A DNA stretch of 64,000 nt from the human T2T-CHM13v2.0 reference genome, Homo sapiens. The DNA lies in assembly GCF_009914755.1 (NCBI RefSeq), contig NC_060925.1; one strand, 5' to 3'. Under the pieces are notes generated by a model. The model saw only the letters and a program-made list of their open reading frames with translations, made no database searches and was not told the DNA's origin. Made by a program: the position numbers and the translations under genes. Shown here piece by piece: positions 23,311 to 36,534 of this stretch; within the stretch, counting starts at the first letter, position 1, and each line of letters opens with the position of its first letter.

Positions 23311-25144
23311 TTTTATTATTCCATACTGACTCACTGATAACAAAGCTTTCATTTACTGGGCACGACAAATATTTGCAATACCACATTAGAGAAAGCCATG
23401 TCAAGACAGATTTCTCAAAATATAGTGGTGTGGTTAATCCGGTGTTTCCTATTACCTCACTGTCAAAAAATAATTTATTTTGGAGCTTACTTGATTATTA
23501 AGATTATTAAGCAAAAAAGACCTCTTCTCTAGTAGGACTGTTTTTTATTTTTTATCATAAATTTATCAAGGACCTATTATGAACAATGTACTATAATAAG
23601 TGCTGGGGAGATAAAAATGATAAATCAGACACCCACCCTGCCATCCTGGGGCTTATAGCTCTGTTAATCTTTGAGTGCCAGTGTGCTTCAGGGCTGATGA
23701 AATAGTCTCTCAATCTCGATTAGATAGACTCCAAATACTCAAGCATAGAAGAAGGAATAGCAATACATTTAAATGGCATTCTATAAACTTCATGTGTATT
23801 TACAAATCCCAATTTTCTGCTGATATGGAGCAGCCTTTCCTTAGAGAAACAGCATGTACTTTCCTATGGCCATCTTGAAGTATTTGACATTTTCAATGAA
23901 TCTTTCTGTAATTTTTACACAGAATTTTCTTATCTTCTCATGCATTCTTCCTTTCATTGGATTTGATAGTTTCCATATTTCACTCTCCAACTTCTTTGAC
24001 ATATCAATTTCATTTCTCTTCCTGAATTATACAAGACTCTTGTTTAGTTGAAGATTTTATCTTTCCACTGTGCAAATTCCCTTCCTTAGCTTTCAAAAAC
24101 ACACTTTCTGACTGCTATGCCTTTGAGAATTCAAATGACATCTTTTAGAATTTTGTAGGTTTCAATTGTACTTCAAGTTATTTTGTCTGTTTGTATTGTG
24201 GATGTAGCCCTTAAAATGTTTTTATAGTCACTGAATGCTTATAGTTGATATAGTGTCACTGATTTCTAGAAAATAGCTTAGTACTCACATTTCTTCTTTT
24301 TACATAGAACATATTTTGCTGCCCACTTTCTGTTAACTTTGTTGTCAGAAAGAGATCCCATGGTATTTAGGTAGTATTGAAGTAATACACAATATAAAGA
24401 TGTGTTATAGGCTGAAAGTGTTTGTCTGTCTATCACCTCACTCAGCCAAGAGCTAAGTGCTGTTTGTGCTGCATCATGTTACTGCTCACAGTGTATCTCA
24501 GAGGATGGAACAGCATATCTAATTGTTACTCTTCACAGTCTTGTTCTATAATCTGTCTGCCTAGAAATCTGTCTATATCTATGGCATTACGATCCCAGCA
24601 CAAAGCAGATGGGAATAAAATACTTTATTTTAAAAAGAGTTCAAATAGGGAAAATTACAAGAATAATGTAGCAAAAATCTGTATTTTCCACACCTACAAT
24701 CAGAATGAATACCTGTGAATATTTTACTTGTTTTGTTATATTTTCTTCCACTTTTGTTAAAGAAATAAATTATTAGGATGAAAGTCCTTTTAAAACATTA
24801 TTTGCAGTTCTATTTCCCTCCTGCTCCCGTTAAAAGCAGCTACCATCATGATTTTTGTATGCATATTTCTTATCTTTTATTTTCTTCTAAAAATTATAAA
24901 ATATTTATTAGGAATAAAATTTTTTATTTAAATCAAAAAAGTAAAACTAATATTTACATCTTCTCCACCCATCTGAAGAAAGGGAACATTACCAATACCC
25001 TTGATTCTACCTGTGTACCTCTTAATCTCATCTCTCTGTCTACCCCTCAATCAAAGTAACTGGTACACAGAATGTTGTGTTTATCATTTCCTTTTTGTTT
25101 TCCTTGTTTAGCCACATACACATGCATGTTAAAACAATATATTG

Positions 25145-25281
25145 GGCCAGGCATAGTGACTCACACCTGTAATCTCAGTGCTTCAAAAGGCCGAGACAGG
25201 AGAATGGCTTGAGCACAGGAGTTCGAGACTAGCCTGAGCCACATAGTGAGACTCCATCTTTATGAAACAAAAACAAAAACA
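25145..25281 (+). mobile_element. FLAM (free left Alu monomer)
   Basis: Single Alu arm with an (AAAAC)n tail; perfect 14-bp TSD aaaacaatatattg at 25131-44 and 25282-95. Confidence 0.9.
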
Positions 25282-25486
25282 AAAACAATATATTGTTTAG
25301 TTTCGCTTTAATTGGTTTTATAAACTGAAATCATCTTATAGGTTGTTTTTTATAACAACTTTAGATTTCAAAATTATGTTATTCCTTCTTGTGACATCAG
25401 CAAAATGGTGAAATAGGAGGTATCTGCTTTTGTTGCCCAAGGAAAAGCAAGAAATAGACAGCTACCCATGAATGAAAGTAGCCTAG

Positions 25487-25846
25487 TGATATGGTTTGGC
25501 TCTGTGTCCTCACCCAAACCTCATTTCAAATTGTAATCCCCACGAGTCGAGGGAGAGATCTGGTGGGAGGCAATTGGATCATGGGGGCAGATTTCCCCCT
25601 TGCTGGTCTTGTCATAGTGAGTTCTCATGAGATATGGTTGTTTGATAAGCGTCTGGTGCTTCCCCACCCATCCCTCATCTGCTGCCATGTAAGATGTGCC
25701 TTGCTTCCCCTTTGCCTTCTGCCATGATTTTAAGTTTTCTGAGGCCTTCCCAGCCATTCAGAACTGAGTCAATTATGCCTCTTTTGTGTATAAATTATCT
25801 AGTCTCAAGTGGTATCTTTATAACCGTACGAGAATGGACTAATACA
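25487..25846 (+). mobile_element. THE1 (THE1C/D-like) MaLR solo LTR
   Basis: tgatatggtttggctctgtgtc...gaatggactaataca; TSD cctag/cttag. Confidence 0.88.
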
Positions 25847-26525
25847 CTTAGGGAGGGCTCAAGAGTCCACTTATGAAGGTGCAGCAACACATTGGTGAAA
25901 AAAACTCGCAAATAATTGTGCAGAAAGTATCACTGGGTTGTCTGACATAGCTGAGATGTTTGGAAATGGCTAAGAACAAAAAATAAGGATGGAAGGATGG
26001 GGGCTATCAGTATCAGCTAAGCAGTGGGTGTCACAGCAGTCCCCAGTGATCTGCTCTGCAGATGTCATAAGCACCCTTTGCCACTGAGACACCCTTTGTC
26101 AATAGCCATTTCTTCTGCTCATGTCCAGAGAGGGAGATGCTGCTGTGCTCCACCCCCACTCCCAAGTAAGAGCTTCTGTTGTGTTACCACTGGACGACGA
26201 CTGCTACATTTCTCAACCCTGTGTACCTCCCAGACCCTGGATCTGTGGCCATGTCATATATGCCTACACTCCAGATGCTGCTCCATGGTTGCTTCATGTG
26301 TGCCCACATTCCAAAACCCAGTTCTGTGGTGTTCCATGCATGCCCACACTGCAAACACCAGAGCCACTCCCTTGGCCACTGATGACCCCTGCAATCTTTG
26401 CCATGCTAATGTTAGATAACAAAGTTGCATGATGACTATGCTGCTGTACCCTCTCCAGAGCCTGGACTGCCATGCCCCACCCAGACAGCACCCTCACACT
26501 AGCCCATAAGAAAAGGGCTTTCCCT

Positions 26526-26599
26526 ATTGAGAGTAGTTAGTAACATCTGGAAGAGTACATTTGGAGTAACTCTTCCAGATGTTACTGACTGCTCTCAGT
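26526..26599. repeat. 31-bp inverted repeat with 12-nt spacer
   Basis: attgagagtagttagtaacatctggaagagt [acatttggagta] actcttccagatgttactgactgctctcagt; 28 of 31 Watson-Crick pairs plus 3 T:G pairs. Confidence 0.95.
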
Positions 26600-28208
26600 C
26601 AGGCAACAAGAAACATGAAAAAACAAAGAAACATAACACCATCAAAGGAACAGGAAAATATTTTTAGTAACTGGCTTCAAACAAATGGAAAGCTATGAAT
26701 TGGCCAGAAAAGAATTCAAAATGATTGCTTTAAGTACAGTCGTTGAACTACAAGAGAACACAGAGAGACAACTCAGGGAAATCAGGAAAACAGTACATGA
26801 AGAAAATGAGAAGTCTAACAGGGAGATTAAAAACATTAAATAGGACTAAATAGGAATTCTAGATCTGAAGTATACAATGAAAGAATAAAAAATGCAATAG
26901 AGAAAAAGCCAATAGCAGAATTGATAGAAAAAAAAAACTTTGCACTTAAAGACAATTTATTTAAAAATATCCAGAGAAAACAAAAGAAAAGTGAATGAAA
27001 AGGAATAAAGGAAGCCTAACGGATTTATGAGACAGCATCAAGAGAGTTAACATTCACATTATAAGGCAAAGAGATAAAGAGATAGAAAGCTTATTTAAAT
27101 TAATAATGCCTGAACACTTCCAAAATCTGGAAAATAATCTAAACATGCAAGTACAGGAAAACCAAAAATCTCTAATCATATTCAACTTAAAGAAGACTAT
27201 ACCAAGATATATAATAATCAAACTGTAAAAAATGAAAGATTAAGAGAGAATCTTGAGAGCAGCAAGAGAAAAAATGATCATCAGATCATCACATACAAGG
27301 AACATCTCATAAGGTTATCTGTGGATTTCTCAGCAGAAACTGCAGGCCAGGAGAGAGTGAGATGAAAGATCTGAGACTGTAACACATTGATGAAAGAAAT
27401 TGAAGACACAAATAAATGAAAAGATATTCCATGTTCATGGGTTAGAATAATTAATATTTAAATGTCCAAAGAGATCTACAGATTTAATGCACTCTTAATC
27501 AAAAGTCCAATGACGTTTTAATGGAAATAATCTTTAACAAAAAGAATAAAGCTAGAAGAATCACAATACCTCACCTCAGAACATACTGTAAAGCTACAGT
27601 AATTAAAACAGCATGGCACTAGCATAAAAACAGACATAGTGACAGATGGAATGGAATAGAGAGCCTGGAAATAAATTTGTGAATTTATAGTTAATTGATA
27701 TTTGACAAAGTTGCTGAGAAGACACAATGCAGAAAATCCAGTCTTTTCAATAAATGGTATTGGGAAAAGAGGATATCCACATACAGAAGAAAGAAACTGG
27801 ACCTTTATCTCATACACTATATAAAAACTTAATCAGAAAGGATTGTACTTAATATATGAACCTGTAAAACCACTAGAAGAAAACATGGGGAAAAGCTGTA
27901 TGATACTGATCTAGACAATAGTTTTTTGGATATGAGCCAAAAAGCATAGACAAAGTACAATGGTAGTTGCTGGGGGCTGGGGGCTGGGTAGGGAAAATGG
28001 AATGGTATTGGTCAAAGGATAACAAAGTTATGATTAGTGAATGAATAAGCTCTGAGAGTTATTTTACAGCATGATGGCTATAGTTATAATAATGTTTTAT
28101 ATACTTGAAAATTGCTAAGAGAGTAGATTTTAAGTGTTTTCATCACCAAAAATTAATATGTGAGGTGATGGATATTTTAATTGCTTGATTTAATCATTTT
28201 ACATTTTT

Positions 28209-28885
28209 AAAACTTATTTTAGGTTTAGGGGTACATGTGCAGGTTTGTTATACAGGTAAATAGGATGCATGTTGTGGAAGTTTGGTGCACAGATTATTTT
28301 GTCACTCAGGTAATAAGCATAGTACCTGATAGGTAGTTTTTTGATCCTCCTCCTCCTCCCACTCTCCACCCTCAAGTAGGCCCTAGTGTCTGTGGTTTCC
28401 CTTTTGTGTCCTATATACACTTGACATTTAGGTTCCATTTATGAGCAAGAACATGGGTATTTGATTTTTGTTCCTGTGTTAGCTCACTTAGGATAATGGC
28501 CTCCAGTTCCATCCAGGTTGCTGCAAAGGACACGATCTTGTTATTTTTATGGCTGCATAGTATCCCATGGTGCATATGTACCACATTTTCTTTATCCAGT
28601 CTACTGTTGGTGGGCATTTAGATTGATTCCATGCCTTTGCTATTGTAAATAATCCTGTGAGGAACATACATGTGCATGTGTCTTTATGGTAGAATTATTT
28701 ATATTCCTCTGGGTATAAACTCAATAATAGTATGCCAGTCAGAATGGCTATTATTAAAAGGTCAAAAAATAACAGATGCTGGTGAGGTTGCAGAGAAAGG
28801 GAACACTTATACATTGCTGGTAGGAATGTAAATTAGTTCAGCCGTTGTGGAAAAACATTTGGCAATTTCTAAAATAATTTAAAAC
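28209..28885 (-). mobile_element. Older L1PA (about PA13-16) 3' fragment with 5' inversion
   Basis: Minus-strand 3' end at about 28209-28730; plus-strand ORF2 piece at about 28731-28885; TSD acattttt at 28201-08 and 28886-93. Confidence 0.8.
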
Positions 28886-29359
28886 ACATTTTTTACACAG
28901 ATCAAGACATCACATTGTGAACTATAAATATATATAATTTTTATTTGCCAATTATACCTCACTAATCCTAAAAATAAAATAAAGCAGAAAAAGTTTTGTT
29001 TCAAACGTTTGTTCCCATTCTTTTATGTAGCTATAGGTCATCTTTTTCTGTAATGTATAATATTCCATTGGGCAAATACACATAATTTATTTAATATTAA
29101 CAATGTTATAACATATGATTATTATTTCCAGTGTTTTGCTGTTATAAAGTTTCTTGTATATGTTTCCAGGAACACAGATGCAAAGTTTTTTTTAGAGTAT
29201 ATATTTAGAATTGGAATCCCCAGTTTTCAAGAAATGCGTATGTTCAATCAATTTTGAAATTTGATGTTACATATCTTCACAAAGTGTTCTTGTACTTTAG
29301 GAGTATCTTGGCTATTCTTATTCTTTGATCTTCCACATAAATATTAAAGTCAATTTGCT

Positions 29360-31402
29360 GGCATCACTGTTATTCAATGTAATACTGGAATTTCTAGCTC
29401 TAGCCACTGCAAAAAAAGTCAGGAAAGAAGGCCAGGGGTGGGGAAAGACAGGCAGATTCAAAAGGAAGAAATAGAACTGCCCATATTTTCAGATGGTGTT
29501 ATTGTTTATGTAGAAAATTCCAAGGAATTTATAAACTAAAACTGAAACAAAACTCCTAGAACTAATGAATGCCTTCAGTAAGGTTAGAAGCTAAGAGATC
29601 AACACACAAAAAGCAATTGCATTTATATATACTAATAACAAACATGTGAAAATAGAAATAAAAGATAATAACATTAACTTCCACTCCAAAGAAAGTAAAA
29701 TACCTAGGTATGAATTTAACAAAACATATAAAGAATCTAAATGCTGAAAATTACAAAATGCTGATAAAATAAGTTGAAGATGTAGAGATATAGAAGACTC
29801 AACATTGTAAGACATTGTAAAGTCCATAGAAGACACAAAAGACTGGATGTCATAAAGCTGTCAATTCTTCCAAAACTGAATTGCAGTTTTAATGGCATTC
29901 CTACCACAATCCCAGCAAGGCATTTTTATAGAGATAGACAGGCTTATTTTAGAATTTATATGAAATAATGCAGGTCTTGGAATACCTAGAGTAATCTTGA
30001 AATGAAAGAATAAAATAGGAGAAATCATTCTACCTGATTTTATTTTTTTTAAATGTGGAGACTTAGTCACGTGGATCAGTGGAATGCTGTAGAGAACCCA
30101 GAAATAAACTCATACAAATATAACCAACTAATTTTAGACAAAGAAGCAAAAGCAATTCAATGGAAGAAGGATAGCCTTTACAACAAGTCATTCTGGAACA
30201 ACTGGACATCCATAGGAAAAAAAATGAACATTGACCTAAACCTTTATAAAAAGTGTATACAAAAACCAACTCAAAATAGATCATAGACTTAAATGTAAAA
30301 AATAAAACTATAAAGCTTTTAGAAAAAATACAAAAAAAGTCTTTGGCTAGGCAGAGTTCTTAGAATTGATAACAAAGAAATGATCCAAAAAAGGGAAAAT
30401 TGATAAACTGTATCTCATCAAATTTAACAAGTTTGCCTGCAAAAGACACTCCTAAGTAGATAAAATGATAAACTATATATAGAGAAAAATTGGTAGTATA
30501 TCATGTATCTAAAACAGTACTAGTATCTTGTAAAACTCAACAGTAAAAATCCCAAATAATCCAAGCAGAAAAATGGGCAAAAGACATGAACAGACATTTC
30601 AACAAAGAGGATATACACATGAAAAATAAGCATATGGAACATTTTCAACATCATTAGTCATTAGAGAAATATAAATTAAAATTACAATAACATATCACTA
30701 CAGACCTATACATATGACTAAAATAAAAATGTAAAATGTGAAATGGCATAGGCACTTGGCAGGATAATTTGGCAGTTTTTTTCAAAACAAAACATACAAC
30801 TACTATATGATTCCACAAAAGTACCATTACAGATTTATCCCAGAGAAATAAAAACTTTTGTTCATTCAAAACCTCTACAGGAATGTTCATAGAAGCTTTA
30901 TTTGGAATAGCCCCAAACTGGAAACAACTAGATATCCTTCAGCAGGTGAATGGTTAAACAAGCTGTAGAATATTCATACCATGGGATATGACTCAGCAGT
31001 AAGAAGGAAAGGACAACTGATATGTGCAACAATCAGTTGGATCTTGATACAATTATGCTGAGTGAAAAAAAGCCAATCCCAGAAGGTTACATACACTATG
31101 ATTCTCTTTATATAACATTCTCAAATGACATAAAGAAATTGAGGACAGATTAGTGATTGCCAAATGGTAAGAATAGGGGAGTGAGTGGTGTGGCCATAAA
31201 GAGTAAAGCAAGGGATTCTTGTGGCGATTGAATTGTTTTGTGTTTTTACTGTGTTACTGTTAATATCCTGGTTTTGATATTGTGCTAGAGTTTTGTGAGA
31301 TGTTACTACTAGGGGAAACTAAGTAAAAGGTACATGTGATCACTTCCTACTATTTTTTACAACTGCACAAGATTCTATAACTCTCTCAAAATAAAAAGTT
31401 TA
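29360..31402 (+). mobile_element. L1MC1-like 3' portion (ORF2 end plus 3'UTR)
   Basis: ORF2-like HVDQWNAVENPEIN...QLILDKEAKAIQWKKDSLYNK; 3'UTR 'aatatcctggttttgatattgtgctagagttttgtgagatgttact...caaaataaaaagtttaa'. Confidence 0.8.
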
Positions 31403-32399
31403 AGAAATGAATTTAAGTTCCTTGAATGAAATATATATGTAACATATACACACAAGTATACCTATATACACATAAATAATAAAATCTGTTAGAATATTGT
31501 GTGAAATTTTACCAAATATATACATCAATTTAAGGAAAATTGACAACTTTCTGACAGTATTTTTTGTAAAGGCATGCCTATCCTTTTATTAAGTATTCAA
31601 TAGTATTTTTTCAATATATTTCTAAAATATTTCTATAGAAAACTGTACATTTTTCATTAGATTAATTCCTTGGCACCTCATTATTATTACCACTATTATT
31701 TTCCTATTATAATACTAATATAAATACAATTGAAAAGCTTACGTTTTATTTTACTGGATATTAGCCCACTGTAGAAAGTCAATTATATTTTTATATCCAT
31801 AAACTTGCTAAACTCTTAAAATTCTAAAATCTTATTTGTAAATTATTTTATTTTTCAATGTACATATTTATCTCATTAACAAATAATAACAGCTTTATTT
31901 TATTTTTTCCTTATGCACTTTTTCTTTTTCTTTTCTGATGAGACTGGCTAGAACTTCCAGTAAAATGTTGAATAGAAGTGGTGACAGTGGGCATCCATAT
32001 CTTTACTAGATTTATGCTTATATTTCTATTGTCTTTTTCTCTTTAATTTCTGATGCATCTTTGTTATTTTAGCTTTCAGATTTCCCTTATTGAGCTTTAT
32101 TTTCCTTTCCCAACTTCTGTTTTAAGGTTGTTATCGTTCTCATTATAATTTGGGCTTATTTAGTAGTATGTTTTAATTAATGAGTTATTTAACAGTATGT
32201 TTTAAAATCCGTATATATTTTTAAAAATGTCTTTGAATTTTGATTTCTAATTTATGATAAAATGTAATCTACATGAGCCAGTTCTTTAAAGTTTGTATTA
32301 TAACCTAGTATGTGGTCAGTTTTTATAAACGATCCACAGGTGATTGAAAAGAATTTATGATATCTAGTTACTGGGTATGGACCAATTGCTCTCTAGGCT

Positions 32400-34050
32400 T
32401 GCTACTCATCTGTCATCCTGGGACTTGTGCTGTGAATTAGCTTTGCCTCTCTCCAGTTTTGTCTCTCTTGCCTCCTGGATATGATTTCTTCTGCTTTTCG
32501 GCTTGATTTCCCTGTTATCATAGAGCATAAAGAGCTTTAAGGGAAAGAGTGTGAATCCAAATATACCTTTATTCTATGTCCATATTTGACTGGAAGCAGA
32601 ATTATATGTTACTAACAGTGGCCTCTCATGTTCTAAAGGCACTGCTCTAATAGCATTTAGCTTCCGTTGTAGTAGTTAACAAGTCTAAAATAAATGTTAA
32701 TGCCTGTTTCTCAGTATATGACATTTATTTTCTCTCTGAAAACTTTTAGGATTTTTCTCTTTATTTTTATGGTTCTGAAATTGTGTGATGTTGTGCTTAA
32801 AGATATTCTTTTTTTTTCCTTTTAGTCATTGTTCTAGCTCCTTCATGACCCTTTTATTTTGGAAACATGTGTTCCTTAGGCTTGGAGGAAGATTTTTCTT
32901 TTATTATTTCTTTGATACTTTCCCTCCTCCATTTCCCTTCTTATCATTTTCTACAGCACTAATTATTTGGATTTTGAATCACTTGGACTGATCCTTTTTT
33001 TAGTTAATTTTCTATTTGTTTTTCCTTTTTTTCCTGCATTCTTTGAAATTTTTTCAGCTTAGCAAGAGTGAATAATTTTTTTACTTGAGCTAAAATATTT
33101 TTATATTTATTATATATGTGTATACATGTATACATGAGTGTATATGTTACATATATATTTAATTTCTAAGAATTCCTCATTTTTTCTTTTTGTCTTCTAA
33201 ATAGTATTCTGCTGTTGTTTCCTTTTTAAACAATTTCTTTTTTTCTCTACAGTTATCAATTGTAGATTTAATTTTTTAAAAGTTTTTCTGCTGCTGCATG
33301 CATTGCTCCTAAGTACTTTAGAAAATATTTGTTTGTTTTTTTCTCTGTCTTTTATGATAGAGGCTCTCCTCAACTGCTTGGTGATCTTTGGTCAGCCACT
33401 CATACTGAAGAGTGAGGCACAACAAATCTGACCGGAGCATGAGAGGGTAGCCTTTATTATCAAGTTATAGGGTGAGGACCTTGCCATTTTATTGCAGGAT
33501 CATTAAGGTATGTCTATAGACCTCCTCATGCTCACTCCCTATACCTTGGACTGTTCAGTTCCCCTAAAGAATCCTTTAATCACTTACCAGGAATGGGGAA
33601 ACGGATGGGTATAATAAGCCTGGCTGCTATGATTCTGAGGACTAATCAAGAATGGAAAGGGGCTGAGTATCTCACTGTTTGGTTTGCAGAATTTTGTATA
33701 TATCCCTTGGTCTTTAATACAATAATTCATTTATTCCTTCAGCAGTGCCTAGTATCCACTGTATCCAGGCTTTCTGTGGTGAAATCTTTCCAGAGAGTAT
33801 ATCATCTAATATCTGCTTGACAGTAGGTGCGGGGTGAGGTTGGGGCTGTTGTTTGACTCATGACAAGAGAGGAACATATGGGGTTGTTGCTCTTTACATA
33901 GACTTTCAATCGATTCTCCTATTTTCGGTTCCAAGGCAAAACCTGCCTTACGAGGTACTGGGTGTTTCCATTTCCTGGAATCCTCTAAGATTCTGTGAGG
34001 TAATTGATTTGCCTCTTGCTGGTATCTGCACCTCCCTCTATTTACATAGA
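32400..34050 (-). mobile_element. HAL1 / ancient L1-like fragment
   Basis: T-rich antisense ORF1-like tract; 'gaggctctcctcaactgcttggtgatctttggt...gaagagtgaggcac' resembles HAL1. Boundaries approximate. Confidence 0.5.
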
Positions 34051-36171
34051 AGTACTAAGTTTTGGTGAAGTCAAATTCTATTTATCTCTCTTTATTTAGA
34101 GTGTGTACTTTTTGTATCTCATTTAAGACAGGTTTCCTATTCTAAGTGATTAAAGTAATTTCCTTCATTTTCTTCTAATAGTTTTATATTTTTTATTCAC
34201 TTTTATTATTAATGTAGGTCTTTAGCTGGAAATCTTTTTGTTTATGGTATGAATAGAAATCTCATTTTTTCATTATGTAGATCCAATTGTCCTAACTTGA
34301 ATTGTTTGATAGTCCTTTTCCCCTGCTGATTTGCAATTTGCCGTTTTATTATTCCATGATTCCATAGATAGATAGGTCTGTTTTTTTGTTCTTTATTCAC
34401 TTTCATTGAGACAAGATACCCTGTGAAATTTTGAAGAACTTGTTTTGAATTTACAGATTACTTTGAAAAAAGGTAATATTGTCTTGATTGAATTTATTAA
34501 TTAACATGGTCCATTTTTCCATTTATTCAGTTATTCTTTCTTTAGTAATATTTTATTATAACTATAAAGAATAACTGTAATTATAATTATTATAATTTTA
34601 GATTATATTTTGCCATTTTATGATTTAACCTTAATATCTTAAACACTTTGTTATATTGATTTTGAAATTTTTTATTATACTTGATGCATGGTGAGTGGTA
34701 TTTTCCTTCTATTATGTGTTTGATTTTTCCTGTTTTCTTCACTGATGTGTCCCTGGCCTATAATAATGCTTGACACATTGTAGGTTATCAACAAATATTT
34801 GTTGACTTAATAAATAAATACGTAGTTACTCCCAATTTAAAGCAATAATAGTGGTTCAGTCTGGCCTCTCTAAATTCCAATTTTTAGATATTGATGTTTT
34901 AATCTTTGTTATTTCCTTTTGTCTTTTTATTTTTACCTTCTAAATAGTTTATCTCTTGGGAAGAATATATAGCTGAGTTTTCTAACTAGTGATTTTAGCC
35001 AATTATATTTTCTGATAATGAACATATTTGGAATTGTATTTGCCAACTTATTTTGTGTTTTGTACTTTTTATTCTCCCTTATTGTTTTTTCTCCTTTCCA
35101 ATATTCTGTTGAATTGATTGATTTTTTGAAACTCTTTCTTTTTCTCTTTTGATTTGTATGTTACAATTTTAATTTATATAGCTTTTAACATACATACTTA
35201 TATTTATGTTTGATTTGGTATCAGATTTTAAAGTTATTTGTGTCTAGTGTCTTTAGTTCTCACTGTACAAAACATAGGTTTCAGTATGCTTTCACTTTCT
35301 TTTACTTTTTCCCAGCCTTATCTAATGTCATAGTTATTTTTATGTGTTTAAAGAATGAACTGAAGTTATCAGGGTAACCTGGATGATGATATATACTTGA
35401 CTTTGTGTCTAAACTACTCTTTCTTTGAGGGGTAGCCTTTTTTCTTTTTTTCTTTTTTCTTGACTGTGTATTCAAGGTTTATTTTTGTGATGCTTTGCTA
35501 ATGTACTGATTGGTACATATATTCATTTAATATAATGTGGTTAACAGTGCCTAGAACAGAGTACATTGATCAATAAGTCCAGCTCCCTGCCTTTAAAAAA
35601 TGTTGTCTAACACATTCTTTTAAGTGTGTAAAAAAAATGAACTCAAACATATAAGGATATAATTAAATTTTCAGGAATATATTTCTGAAAGGTTTTACAT
35701 TTTCTTATCAAAATAAAAATATTTTGATGTTGTTTAGGAATAGCTCGAATAAAATTTAAAACAATAAAAACATAAAGTTGAGTAGTTGTCCTTCCTCAAT
35801 TGTCTTTGTAAAAGTTTTAAAAATGGCAGATCAATTTGCACATTTGAGAACTTGCTTCATAGCTATTCACTTTTCAGTAGGCATGGCTCCTAATACACAA
35901 TTTTAGGTCTCAGTGGTTCTGAGACTGTAACTGATTAATTCATGGGTAGGCATCCTGGGTGGGCCAATCTGGGTTTTTCTCCTAAAGAAATGCAGTTTTA
36001 GTCAGGAGACAAACAGACTGAGGGTCTTGGGAACAATATTGTTATAGATTCCGGGAGGAAAGATGATGGGAATCCAACTGGTGAGGATGTTTGAGCCCCT
36101 CTGACTCTTCCTTTCTGTAGTCTTGGCAGTCTGACTCATTCTTTCAAAACTTTATGCCCCCTCCCCGAAAT

Positions 36172-36534
36172 CAGTGGTTCCCAACCTTTTTGGCACCATG
36201 GACCGGTTTCGTGGAAGAAAGATAATTTTTCCACGGATGAGCGTGCAGTGAGGTGGTGGGGGATGGTTTCAGCATGAAACTGTTCCACCTCAGATCACTA
36301 GGCATTAGAGTCTTATTAAGGAGAGTGCAACCTAGATGCCTCGCATGCCTGTTCACAATAGGGTTTGTGTTCCTATGAGAATCTAATGCAACTATTGACT
36401 AGCAGGAAGCAGAGCTCAGGTGGTAATGCTCTCTCCCCTGCTGCTCACCTCCTGCTGTGCCACCAGGTTCCTGACAGGCCAGGGACCAGTACCTGTCCAC
36501 AAGCCTGGGGTCTGGGGACCCTGGGGGAACCCTG
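36172..36534 (+). mobile_element. MER1B hAT-Charlie MITE
   Basis: 'cagtggttcccaacctttttggcacca...ggggaaccctg'; 8-bp TSD cccgaaat/ccctaaat. Confidence 0.88.

Larger units (their letters stand above)
25385..28983 (+). mobile_element. Old L1 (L1MA-like) with 5'UTR, ORF1, part of ORF2 and 3'UTR; two large internal deletions and two nested insertions
   Basis: ORF1-like region about 26610-27365; late ORF2 'aagatattccatgttcatgg' about 27370-27950; L1MA-type 3'UTR 'aaaattgctaagagagtagattttaag' that resumes at about 28890 and runs to an A-rich tail. Confidence 0.75.

Noticed and set aside
26024-26497. Cluster of overlapping ORFs in a GC-richer patch
   Set aside because: It corresponds to the old L1 5'UTR; open frames reflect base composition.
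36505-36534. Apparently doubled right terminus of MER1B
   Set aside because: A short slippage duplication in a G-rich end; the TSD identifies a single element.
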